From assembly GCA_016933055.1 (NCBI GenBank), contig JAFGBS010000009.1:480001-512000 (forward strand): a DNA stretch of 32,000 nucleotides. Reading direction: 5' to 3'. Numbering within the stretch: the stretch's first letter is position 1; every line of letters begins with the position of its first letter. Positions 9,102 through 18,094 of the stretch are shown piece after piece. Made by a program: the position numbers and the translations under genes. A model generated the notes under the pieces. It saw only the letters and a program-made list of their open reading frames with translations, ran no database searches and was not told the DNA's origin. Source of the stretch: Promethearchaeota archaeon (lineage in GTDB: Archaea > Asgardarchaeota > Lokiarchaeia > Sigyniarchaeales > Promethearchaeaceae).

Positions 9102-9512
9102 CTATTGTTCTTCTTCTTCACCAGTTTGTTCAAACAGTTTTGTTTTACCGTATTTTGTAACAATCAAATTTAGCTGTTTCATATCATCCGTAATCTCCGA
9201 ACCACGAACAACCTTTCGCCTTTTCTCACCTTTTCGCTTGGGATGGTAACCTTGTCCTCCAGTTAATAACAGCTTCTTCTTTACGGGTCCATGTACGTTC
9301 TTACGCATGGGAATTCCCGAAAAATCTGAACCTCCTGTAATTTTAAGTTCATAACCGGGGAGCCCGATAAGCCCACCATCGAATGTTTCTCCAATTGTTT
9401 TACCAACGAGGGGGTCAATGTTTTGCAATTGAACAACTTTGGTCTTACCTTTCCCCAGTCCGGTTTTTCCACCAGAAATATTTAATTTATATAGGCTTTC
9501 TTCTTCACTCAT
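9102..9512 (-). CDS. rps6e: 30S ribosomal protein eS6
   Basis: LVGKTIGETFDGGLIGLPGYELKITGGSDFSGIPMR...GEKRRKVVRG. Confidence 0.96.
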   Translation of the reverse strand: MSEEESLYKLNISGGKTGLGKGKTKVVQLQNIDPLVGKTIGETFDGGLIGLPGYELKITGGSDFSGIPMRKNVHGPVKKKLLLTGGQGYHPKRKGEKRRKVVRGSEITDDMKQLNLIVTKYGKTKLFEQTGEEEEQ

Positions 9513-9807
9513 AGGTCATCAATGCTTATTCATTGTTTGCTAAGAAAAGGGAATCCATCCGTAGTTTCCACTATTTCGTCATGAAGTATTTCTACCAATA
9601 AACCCTAAATTAAAAATTTTGTGCTATCTGGGTGAGAAATTCATGTACAATCTATTTTGATCTCAATTTATGTAAATCTTGATCGTGCAATTTGTGATAT
9701 AAATGCTATATTTTTCTCTTTTTATTGTTCTGTTTAAGAGTGGAATTTACAGTTTCATCAGATTTTCTATCCAATAGCATAGCAATAAAATATTCAATAA
9801 AGATTTA

Positions 9808-11610
9808 TTATAATCCCCAGTAGGGACTATTTTTCTTACGCATACAGCGTATATATTCCCGCATTAATTCAATCTGATCTTCAGATAACTCATCGCGGAA
9901 TCTTCCATTATATGTTCGAACATGGGATTCCGGAACATAAATGTATAGTGTATCTTCGACTTTAAGATTCCGCCCAATGGTAGCATTCCGGATAGATAAA
10001 GCAACTTCTTTTCCTTTTTCTGCTTCTTTTATTGTCTGATTATTCTCTTGAATTTGATGCAATCGTCCCACAAAAACTCCCTCTTGATTGACAATTCTTG
10101 TTTTTGGGGTGAGTTTTCCTGCTAGTACTTTTACTCCCACAACGGCAGGATCTGACTTCCGAAAAATGTAATCTGGAATGATCTCGAATTTACCTGGAGG
10201 AATTAAATCAGAGAATTCTTTTAATACATCTTCCTCTTTTCGTTTATCTCTATATTCCTTGAATTCTTCCATTAATCGATAGATTACATCATTGGTAAAA
10301 ATTCTTATATCCTGATCATACGATGCATCTATCGCATCTTTGAGGATTTCTACATTAAATCCTAATACAACTGCATTGTAGGGATCTTCATCACGTACAG
10401 CTACTGCTTCCATTATATCTCGTTTAGAAATGGAACCTACACGTGCTGTCCTAATTTTTACTTCGTTTTCTCTAAATAAATTGACTATAGCTTCTAAAGA
10501 GCCCAGAGTATCGGCTTTAAGAATTACCCCCTCATCTTCTGTCTCTATTTGGATTTCTCCTAATTCTTCCTCAATTTCTTGATAGACTTCTTCTAAATTT
10601 TCCTCATTAGGGACGCCACGTAAGGGAGCACCTGCAACTACATGTTCTATGTTGGGGGCAAGTATTTTGATACCCGCTGCTGCAAATACTTCCTGTTGTT
10701 GGAGGAATTTATTCTCGGGATCTCGAATTTCGTCCAGTTCATTTGGGATTAAGATTGCTCGCACTTTAGTTTTTACTGCGTGTGGAATTCCTCCTATAAC
10801 AATATTTTCTCCTCTTTTCAGAATTCCATCATAGATCAAACAATCCAAACTAATTCCAAGATGAGAATCTTGTTTCTTCTCCAGAACAACTCCTTTGGCT
10901 GCCCCCTCCGAAAATTGTATTCTTTTTTGCAAATATTGTTGAACTAATCCAATAAGGACCATTAAAAGGGTTGGAATTCCTTCTCCGGTCTTTGCACTTG
11001 TGGGAACAATTGCAATATTTTTGGTGAAATCTTGAATACGGTCATACCTTTCGCAACCTGGGAATCCCTCTTCAATGAAATCACCCACTAACTGATAAAT
11101 TCGCATATCTAAATCTTGTTGAACAAAATCTGGTTGTTGTTTATAGGTTTCCATAAAATCAGCTTTTTCAATACTTTTCCATCCATGTAAAAGATCAATT
11201 TTATTTGCAGCGATTATAAAAGGCACTTTTCGCTCCCGGAGGATTCGCACGGATTCCCATGTTATCGGCATGGTTCCTGCTGTGACATCAATCACCAATA
11301 TTGCGATGTCCGCAACAGCTCCCCCTCGTCTTCGAAGATTCATAAAGGCTGCATGTCCTGGTGTATCTACTACCAAAAGCCCGGGAATGTTGATCTTCAT
11401 TTTTTGATATTTAGGTCCGCAAAATTCAAGGATATTCTTAATGGGGAAAAAAGACGCTCCAATATGTTGAGTAATCCCTGCTGCTTCTCTTTTTTGGACT
11501 AAAGTCCCTCGTACATAATCCAGAAGCGAGGTTTTTCCGTGGTCGATATGTCCCAATATCGTAACGATAGGTTGCCTGATTTTTTTATTATTTGGATTTT
11601 GTTCAGACAT
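9808..11610 (-). CDS. infB: Translation initiation factor aIF5B (IF-2)
   Basis: RQPIVTILGHIDHGKTSLLD, REAAGITQHIGAS, DTPGHAAF, NKID, SAKTGEG, KADTLGSLEA; no intein visible. Confidence 0.97.
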   Translation of the reverse strand: MSEQNPNNKKIRQPIVTILGHIDHGKTSLLDYVRGTLVQKREAAGITQHIGASFFPIKNILEFCGPKYQKMKINIPGLLVVDTPGHAAFMNLRRRGGAVADIAILVIDVTAGTMPITWESVRILRERKVPFIIAANKIDLLHGWKSIEKADFMETYKQQPDFVQQDLDMRIYQLVGDFIEEGFPGCERYDRIQDFTKNIAIVPTSAKTGEGIPTLLMVLIGLVQQYLQKRIQFSEGAAKGVVLEKKQDSHLGISLDCLIYDGILKRGENIVIGGIPHAVKTKVRAILIPNELDEIRDPENKFLQQQEVFAAAGIKILAPNIEHVVAGAPLRGVPNEENLEEVYQEIEEELGEIQIETEDEGVILKADTLGSLEAIVNLFRENEVKIRTARVGSISKRDIMEAVAVRDEDPYNAVVLGFNVEILKDAIDASYDQDIRIFTNDVIYRLMEEFKEYRDKRKEEDVLKEFSDLIPPGKFEIIPDYIFRKSDPAVVGVKVLAGKLTPKTRIVNQEGVFVGRLHQIQENNQTIKEAEKGKEVALSIRNATIGRNLKVEDTLYIYVPESHVRTYNGRFRDELSEDQIELMREYIRCMRKKNSPYWGL

Positions 11611-11645
11611 TTTTATGTAAACAAAAGGACGGTACTATTTTGATT

Positions 11646-12443
11646 TTATGTTAAAAACTCATATATTTCATTCAGTAGTGATTTAATCTGATCATACACG
11701 AATAAATGACCGCACCCATGGATTATAGATAAGGTTGAATGTGGCAAAATTCTAGCTAAACGTACTGCATTTTCTGGTAACACAATTTCATCAAACTCCC
11801 CTGTGAGGATTAATGATTTATGATACACTTGAGTGATCTTCTTCTTAGTGTTAAAGCACATAGCTGCTATTAATTGTTTTCTATAATCTTTTTTCTTCAT
11901 AGGATAATACCGAAAAACGCGTTCAATAAAATCTAGTGCCGTACGACAATGCTTTCCTGAATTTTTGTGGATGCAGAATCCATGTATCAATACGGATAAG
12001 GCATCTGTTTTTAATCCCCGAAAAAGCATATTTAAAACACTCCTTTTAGGTAATTTGCGTTTAAAACTACCTATATCAGGAGATATGAACACCAATTTAT
12101 CCACTTTCTCGGGATACATTATTGCAAACCGTTCCAATATGGCTCCTCCGAGACTATGTCCTAGAAAATTGGATTTTCTTATAGCCAAGAATTCCATAAG
12201 ATAGAATATATCTTTCGAATAAGTTTTCATGGTGTAGAATTTACGTGACCTACCTGATCTACCACAACCCCGATTATCCATTAGAATAACTCTAAAATAT
12301 TGTGACAATTCAGTTACAAGGTTAGGTTGCCATTGCAGCATATTAGATCCTAATCCTGTTATTAAAATTAATGGCCTTGCAGTTTTTTTCCCATATTCTT
12401 CATAGTAGATTGATGTTCCTAGGTAACTTTCCACGTAAGGTAT
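11646..12443 (-). CDS. Alpha/beta hydrolase (enol-lactonase/esterase-like); start is either GTG 12434 or ATA 12443
   Basis: GHSLGG nucleophile elbow, DNRGCGRS, GEFD acid and GCGH histidine give a complete triad. Confidence 0.88.
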   Translation of the reverse strand: MPYVESYLGTSIYYEEYGKKTARPLILITGLGSNMLQWQPNLVTELSQYFRVILMDNRGCGRSGRSRKFYTMKTYSKDIFYLMEFLAIRKSNFLGHSLGGAILERFAIMYPEKVDKLVFISPDIGSFKRKLPKRSVLNMLFRGLKTDALSVLIHGFCIHKNSGKHCRTALDFIERVFRYYPMKKKDYRKQLIAAMCFNTKKKITQVYHKSLILTGEFDEIVLPENAVRLARILPHSTLSIIHGCGHLFVYDQIKSLLNEIYEFLT

Positions 12444-12529
12444 ACGAACACACCCTCAAATGTTTATCCTTGATAAATAATGAATTCTTCAAAAATATTA
12501 ATCATTCGGCACTGCTTCAAGGTATTATC

Positions 12530-13579
12530 ATGTCTGAGAATAGGTGGCAAGTTAAGGAGCAAGTAAAAAGGAAAAACGCTCAAAATCCTGATTTTAACTT
12601 AAAATCTCTTGAATATATTACACAAAACCAAATTGAGACAGAAGAGTTAGTTAAAAACGCAAATAAATCATATCAAGAAGGAAATTTTGGAGATTGTGCG
12701 AAAAATTTCCGCCAATTAGCACGAATCATAAAACAACTTGAGAATACTATTGAAATAAAAGGGAATTATGATATACGAAATACTCTAAATGATTTAACTG
12801 GTAAAGAATGGTTACGCCATACAAAATCTTGGCTCATTGTCGATGGTAAACCCTCTGACATTGTATATAACATCAAGAACCATCCTGCTTCTTTTCCCCC
12901 CACTCTCGCATCTCATTTCATCGAGTTTTTTACAAAAAAAGGAGATTGGGTTTTTGATCCCTTTATGGGAATTGGCAGTGTTCTAAAATCTGCTCAAGAT
13001 TTGGAAAGAAATTGTTGGGGGATAGAATTAAACCAAAAATACCAAGAATTTGCACATAATCGATTAACAGCAAATAATTCTTTAGTTCTTGAGGTCACTC
13101 ATGGGGATGCACGAAATGCTGTTCCATTATGGGAAACTAGGAACTTTCCAACGATGGATTTTGTGATTACTTCTCCCCCCTATTGGGATATGTTAGGAAA
13201 ATCTCGCGGAGGAGTTATGTCTACATCAAAGCAGAGGGTTGAGAATGGCTTGGATGAAACATATAGTGATGATCCAAATGATCTTGGAAATATATCAGAT
13301 GTAGATATATATTTAGATCAATTATATGAAATTTTTGCCAATTTGAAGAAAATTCTATCTCCGAATGCCTATTTACTTGTGGTGATGCAAAATATCCGTA
13401 AAAAGGATGGAGAAATGGAACCTATTGCCTGGAATTTCGCAAAAAAAATGAAGAAGTCGTATTCATTGAGACAAGAATTCATATGGTGTCAAGATCAGAA
13501 ATTCATGGGTATTTGGGGGTATCCTAAAATTTACGTATCGAATGTCCACCACCACTATTGTTTAGTGTTCCAGAATTAA
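12530..13579 (+). CDS. Orphan amino-DNA methyltransferase (N6_N4_Mtase family, SPPY suggests m4C), permuted motif order
   Basis: HPASFP, DPFMGIG (motif I), GIEL, GDAR, then TSPPYW (motif IV). Start moved to ATG 12530 because the longer track ORF overlaps the divergent hydrolase. Confidence 0.85.
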   Translation: MSENRWQVKEQVKRKNAQNPDFNLKSLEYITQNQIETEELVKNANKSYQEGNFGDCAKNFRQLARIIKQLENTIEIKGNYDIRNTLNDLTGKEWLRHTKSWLIVDGKPSDIVYNIKNHPASFPPTLASHFIEFFTKKGDWVFDPFMGIGSVLKSAQDLERNCWGIELNQKYQEFAHNRLTANNSLVLEVTHGDARNAVPLWETRNFPTMDFVITSPPYWDMLGKSRGGVMSTSKQRVENGLDETYSDDPNDLGNISDVDIYLDQLYEIFANLKKILSPNAYLLVVMQNIRKKDGEMEPIAWNFAKKMKKSYSLRQEFIWCQDQKFMGIWGYPKIYVSNVHHHYCLVFQN

Positions 13580-13668
13580 TAATTAATAGGTGTTTTGAAA
13601 ATAGATTTTGAAATCTGATTTATTTGTTTTGTCAAACAATTTATTATCGAGTGAGATGAACTTTTATT

Positions 13669-14544
13669 ATGAAGAGATGGATAAAAAAAAATCAATTACT
13701 TTTGTACCTTTTCCTCACTTATCTGATAGCATGTATTGCAACGATTCTTCATAATGTATTCGGCATTCATTTCATCTCACAATCCAATCTAACGTTCCCT
13801 GCTGTAATTTTGTGGGTCTTCTATATTTTTAGCCCTACCATCTCAGGATTCTTAATCACAACATTTGTAGAGGGAAAAAAAGGCATCCTTAACGTTATCC
13901 GAGGATATACCATAGTAAAAGTAAATTGGTTTTGGTATTTTGGAGCTTTAATTCTCTTATTGGCACCTTTATCTATAGGATTTATTTTTTTCATTCTAGA
14001 AAAATCTCCCGGTCCAAGTGATAGCATTTCTGTTGGAAATATATTCTACTTAATTGGATTTGGATTATTATCGGGACCTATTTCAGAGGAGGGAGGATGG
14101 AGAGGTTTTATGCTTCCTAAGTTAGAATCGAAACACAATGCTTCGGTCTCCAGCCTAATACTTGGATTTACGTGGTATGTTTGGCATATTCCTCTTTATT
14201 TCATCGAAGGAACAAGTCAATATGAATCCTTGCAATATGGTATAGTGTCTTCCATAGTCTCAATTAGCATTTATTGGGTTTTAGTAATGGTTATTGCCCA
14301 AATACTAACCTTTTTGTACAATAATTCCCGTGGGAGTTTAATTATTACAATTCTAGCACATTTTTGCTTTAATTTTAGCAGCACTCTAATTTTAAATTCC
14401 GGACTCGGGTTGTTAGAACCGATGACATTCAACATCGTGGGTAGTATATTAGCAATAGCATATTTGGTACTGATATATGCTGGTTTTGGGTATCAGAACA
14501 TGTCCCGCAAAGATAAAGATAAATTACCGTTTAATCGGTCTTAA
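13669..14544 (+). CDS. CPBP/Abi family intramembrane metalloprotease (type II CAAX protease-like)
   Basis: EEGGWRG, W..WHIP and HFCFN motifs in a polytopic membrane protein. Confidence 0.92.
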   Translation: MKRWIKKNQLLLYLFLTYLIACIATILHNVFGIHFISQSNLTFPAVILWVFYIFSPTISGFLITTFVEGKKGILNVIRGYTIVKVNWFWYFGALILLLAPLSIGFIFFILEKSPGPSDSISVGNIFYLIGFGLLSGPISEEGGWRGFMLPKLESKHNASVSSLILGFTWYVWHIPLYFIEGTSQYESLQYGIVSSIVSISIYWVLVMVIAQILTFLYNNSRGSLIITILAHFCFNFSSTLILNSGLGLLEPMTFNIVGSILAIAYLVLIYAGFGYQNMSRKDKDKLPFNRS

Positions 14545-14557
14545 GATTCCAGATTCG

Positions 14558-14890
14558 CTAAAGACCGCGAGCTTTTTTGAGACGCGCTTGCCTTAATTTT
14601 CGTTCTTTCTCCCATTTCTTACCACAAAACTTACAATATAATCCAAAAAGACTCTGATCTTCAATCTCAAATGGTTTGGCACATTTTACACAAACAGAAT
14701 GATATTCAAACCAATAAGCTTCATGATCTGGATCAATCTCGATTTCTTTTTCCTTTGAAATCCCGCATTGGTTACAATAGATCCCCGACAGAATTGCTTC
14801 GCCATCATAAAACATTTTACCGCATTTCACACAGCAGTTACTTTTGATTTCGTTCCATACAGGTTTTGAGTTTTTCCGAATTTTCTCCAT
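14558..14890 (-). CDS. Small protein with two tandem C4 zinc fingers and a basic tail
   Basis: CVKCGKMFYDGEAILSGIYCNQCG and CVKCAKPFEIEDQSLFGLYCKFCG have identical CxxC-x15-CxxC spacing. Confidence 0.7.
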   Translation of the reverse strand: MEKIRKNSKPVWNEIKSNCCVKCGKMFYDGEAILSGIYCNQCGISKEKEIEIDPDHEAYWFEYHSVCVKCAKPFEIEDQSLFGLYCKFCGKKWEKERKLRQARLKKARGL

Positions 14891-14943
14891 GATCCTATAT
14901 CCCCATTCGAATATTAATTAAAAAAAAGTAGAGTATATCATGA

Positions 14944-17916
14944 TTATGATGTTTTAATTGGATCTTCTTGAAGATTATCAATGTTAGTTTTTGATTGTAA
15001 TTTGGATAGAACTTTTCTCAGATATTTACCAGTATATGAACGGTCATTGACCGCTATTTCTTCTGGTGTTCCGGAGGCAATGATCTCCCCCCCGTTTTCA
15101 CCACCTTCTGGTCCCAAGTCAATGATATAATCCGCACTTTTAATTATGTCCAAATTATGTTCAATTACAACTACTGAATTGCCTTGATCGACTAATCGTT
15201 GAAGAGCTTTTATCAGAATCTTTACATCATGGAAATGTAAACCTGTAGTGGGTTCATCCAGCAAGAAAAGCGTATTTCCTGTGGAGCGTTTAGATAATTC
15301 TCTGGATAATTTCATTCTCTGTGCTTCTCCACCACTTAACGTAGTGGAGCTCTGTCCCAACTCAATATAGCCCAAACCGACATCAACAACGGTTTGTAAT
15401 ATTTCGTTTATCTTTTGATTATTTTCGAAGAATTCTAATGCTTGGTTGTGGGTCATTCGCAAAACTTCGTAGATATTTTTACCTTTATATTTCACTTCTA
15501 AAGTTTCTTCATTATATCTTTGCCCTTGACACACATCACATTTCACGTACACATCAGGGAGGAAATGCATTTCAATAAGGTTATACCCCAAACCACCACA
15601 TTTTTCACACCTTCCCGCTTTTGTATTAAACGAAAAACGACCTTTCTCATATCCTCGAATCTTTGCTTCTTCAGTTTTTGCAAAAGTGTCTCGTATATAA
15701 TCGAAAGCTTTTGTATATGTGGCTGGTACTGATTTAGGAGTTCTCCCAATCGGGCTCTGATCAATGTTAATTATTTTATCAATATATTCCAATCCTTCGA
15801 TAGTGTCATATTTTATGTGCAATCCTTTCTTCTTGCGGCGTAAAGATTCTTCTACTGCGTTGAGGAGAACTTCCTGAACTAATGATGATTTACCAGCACC
15901 CGAAACGCCCGTTACACATGTAAACACTCCTAGTGGAATCTCTGCAGTAACACTTTTCAGATTATTTTCCCGAGCACCACTGATACGGATTCTAGATTCA
16001 GAGAGAGGCCTTCGAGATTTAGGAAGGCATATTTTCTCTTTTCCGGATAAGTATCTGCCTGTGATAGAACGTGGATTATTCATAACTGTTTCTAAATTAC
16101 CCGTTTCTACGATTTCTCCTCCTTTTTCCCCTCCAAATGGTCCGATATCCACAATGAAATCCGCAGCGCGTATCACATCTTCATCATGTTCCACAATTAG
16201 AACGGTATTTCCTCGCTTCTTTAACTCAATAAGCATATTGATCAACTTAGACTTATCTCGGGGATGCAGGCCTATCGTAGGTTCATCAAGTACATAAAGT
16301 ACTCCCACAAGATTTGATCCAATTTGTGTAGCTAATCGAATGCGCTCACTTTCTCCACCTGAGAGAGTACGAGCCACACGGTCCAATGAAATATAATCTA
16401 ATCCAACATTTTCTAGGAAAAAATACCTCGAATGAATTTCTTTAAGGATTTCCTTAGCAATCGTTCGTTCCCGTTTGGATAATTTTACACAGTTGAACCA
16501 ACGAATTGCTTCGGATACATACATCCGTGATACTTCCCATATGTTTTTGTCATTGATAGTTACAGCAAGACTAACTGGTTTTAATCGTTTTCCTTTACAT
16601 GCGCTGCATTCGTATTCACGCATGAATTGTTCATACCACTCTCGCATCCCTTGGGATTTTGTTCTCAAGTATCTATTCTGAAGGATGGTAATAATACCTT
16701 TAAACGGACGCTTATACCTGACACTAAAATGTACTTCATCTTCGTCCTCTTCTTCTTCATTCTGTGAATCATATCCTCCATTACGTTCAAAATTAAAGGA
16801 AATTTTTTCTTTTCCCGTTCCATATAGGAATTTATTCCAAAATTCATCAGGAAGATCATCAATGGATTGAGTAATGTCCACATTGTAATATTCTGCAAGA
16901 GCTTCGATGGTTTTCCAACTCCAACTATTAATTGAACCAAACCCTCCCACTCGGGTCAACCCGCTATCATAAAGATTGACGGATGTATCGGGGAATATTT
17001 TAGCCTCATCAAAATTTAGAACGGTTCCTAAACCTTTGCAAAATTCGCACATTCCGTAAGGAGTGTTGAAGCTGAAGTCCCTAGCTTGCAGTTTTTCATA
17101 CGAAACACCACACTCGGGACAGAAAAAGTGCTCTGAGAATATTTTGGAATCTCCATTTACTATGGAGATTTTTACTAGTCCTTCAGCAAGTTTAAGGGAT
17201 GTTTCGATAGAATTAGCTACACGTGAACGGAATTCATCATCTTCTTCCGTTTTCATAATCAACCGGTCAACAATAACATCAATATCATGTTTGATATTCC
17301 TATCCAAGTTAATAGGTTCCTCTAAAAGGTATTCAATGGCTTCTTTTCCTTGATCTTGAATCATGATCCTTGAATATCCACTTTTCTGCAACTTCAGGAA
17401 TAATTTTTCATAGGTTCCCTTTTTTCCCCGTACCATGGGTGCAAGAATCTTGAATTTTGTTCCGGTGTTAAGAGATTGCAGAATTTCATGGATAATCTCT
17501 TGACTGCTTTTTGGAGTAATTTCTCTTCTACATATAGGACAATGGGGAATTCCGATATTTGCCCATAATAATCTTAAATAATCATAAATTTCGGTAACCG
17601 TACCCACAGTTGAACGTGGGTTTTTTGAGACGGTTTTCTGTTCAATTGCAATAGCAGGAGACAATCCCTCAATATAATCAACATCTGGCTTATCCATTCC
17701 TTCTAAAAACTGGCGTGCATAAGCAGAAAGGGATTGTAAATATCTTCGCTGACCCTCTGCGTAAATAGTATCAATCGCTAAACTAGACTTACCGGAGCCA
17801 CTTAGACCAGTAAATACAACCAATTTATCACGTGGGATTTTCACATCAATATTTTTGAGATTGTGTTGTCGTGCGCCTTTTACAATGATGTATTTGGAAT
17901 TATTGGGATTGGTCAT
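14944..17916 (-). CDS. uvrA: Excinuclease ABC subunit A
   Basis: [20 protein letters not shown], two ABC cassettes ([37 protein letters not shown]) and zinc modules. Confidence 0.98.
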   Translation of the reverse strand: MTNPNNSKYIIVKGARQHNLKNIDVKIPRDKLVVFTGLSGSGKSSLAIDTIYAEGQRRYLQSLSAYARQFLEGMDKPDVDYIEGLSPAIAIEQKTVSKNPRSTVGTVTEIYDYLRLLWANIGIPHCPICRREITPKSSQEIIHEILQSLNTGTKFKILAPMVRGKKGTYEKLFLKLQKSGYSRIMIQDQGKEAIEYLLEEPINLDRNIKHDIDVIVDRLIMKTEEDDEFRSRVANSIETSLKLAEGLVKISIVNGDSKIFSEHFFCPECGVSYEKLQARDFSFNTPYGMCEFCKGLGTVLNFDEAKIFPDTSVNLYDSGLTRVGGFGSINSWSWKTIEALAEYYNVDITQSIDDLPDEFWNKFLYGTGKEKISFNFERNGGYDSQNEEEEDEDEVHFSVRYKRPFKGIITILQNRYLRTKSQGMREWYEQFMREYECSACKGKRLKPVSLAVTINDKNIWEVSRMYVSEAIRWFNCVKLSKRERTIAKEILKEIHSRYFFLENVGLDYISLDRVARTLSGGESERIRLATQIGSNLVGVLYVLDEPTIGLHPRDKSKLINMLIELKKRGNTVLIVEHDEDVIRAADFIVDIGPFGGEKGGEIVETGNLETVMNNPRSITGRYLSGKEKICLPKSRRPLSESRIRISGARENNLKSVTAEIPLGVFTCVTGVSGAGKSSLVQEVLLNAVEESLRRKKKGLHIKYDTIEGLEYIDKIINIDQSPIGRTPKSVPATYTKAFDYIRDTFAKTEEAKIRGYEKGRFSFNTKAGRCEKCGGLGYNLIEMHFLPDVYVKCDVCQGQRYNEETLEVKYKGKNIYEVLRMTHNQALEFFENNQKINEILQTVVDVGLGYIELGQSSTTLSGGEAQRMKLSRELSKRSTGNTLFLLDEPTTGLHFHDVKILIKALQRLVDQGNSVVVIEHNLDIIKSADYIIDLGPEGGENGGEIIASGTPEEIAVNDRSYTGKYLRKVLSKLQSKTNIDNLQEDPIKTS

Positions 17917-18094
17917 TTCTATGTTACCGTTTCAAGATCTTCAATTTAGTCCCACTTTTTGAGTTTACTACTTTGAATTAAAAAGAAGAATGCGCTGGAG
18001 AAATAATTAATTGAGGAAAAAAAACCGCAACTTATTGATAATCTAAGTATTGATCTACTTTTATTAATCCAAATTACAAGTTGCTTTTGAAGTA

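Noticed and set aside
9515-9590. Box C/D-like RNA upstream of rps6e (ATGACGA ... TTGA)
   Set aside because: There is no canonical CTGA D box and no terminal stem.
12371-12529. 53-aa N-terminal extension of the methyltransferase in the track
   Set aside because: It overlaps the divergent hydrolase gene and the shared promoter region; ATG 12530 is more plausible.
13603-13616. Palindrome AGATTT-TG-AAATCT upstream of the CPBP gene
   Set aside because: Short and AT-rich, so it is expected by chance; no second copy was noticed.
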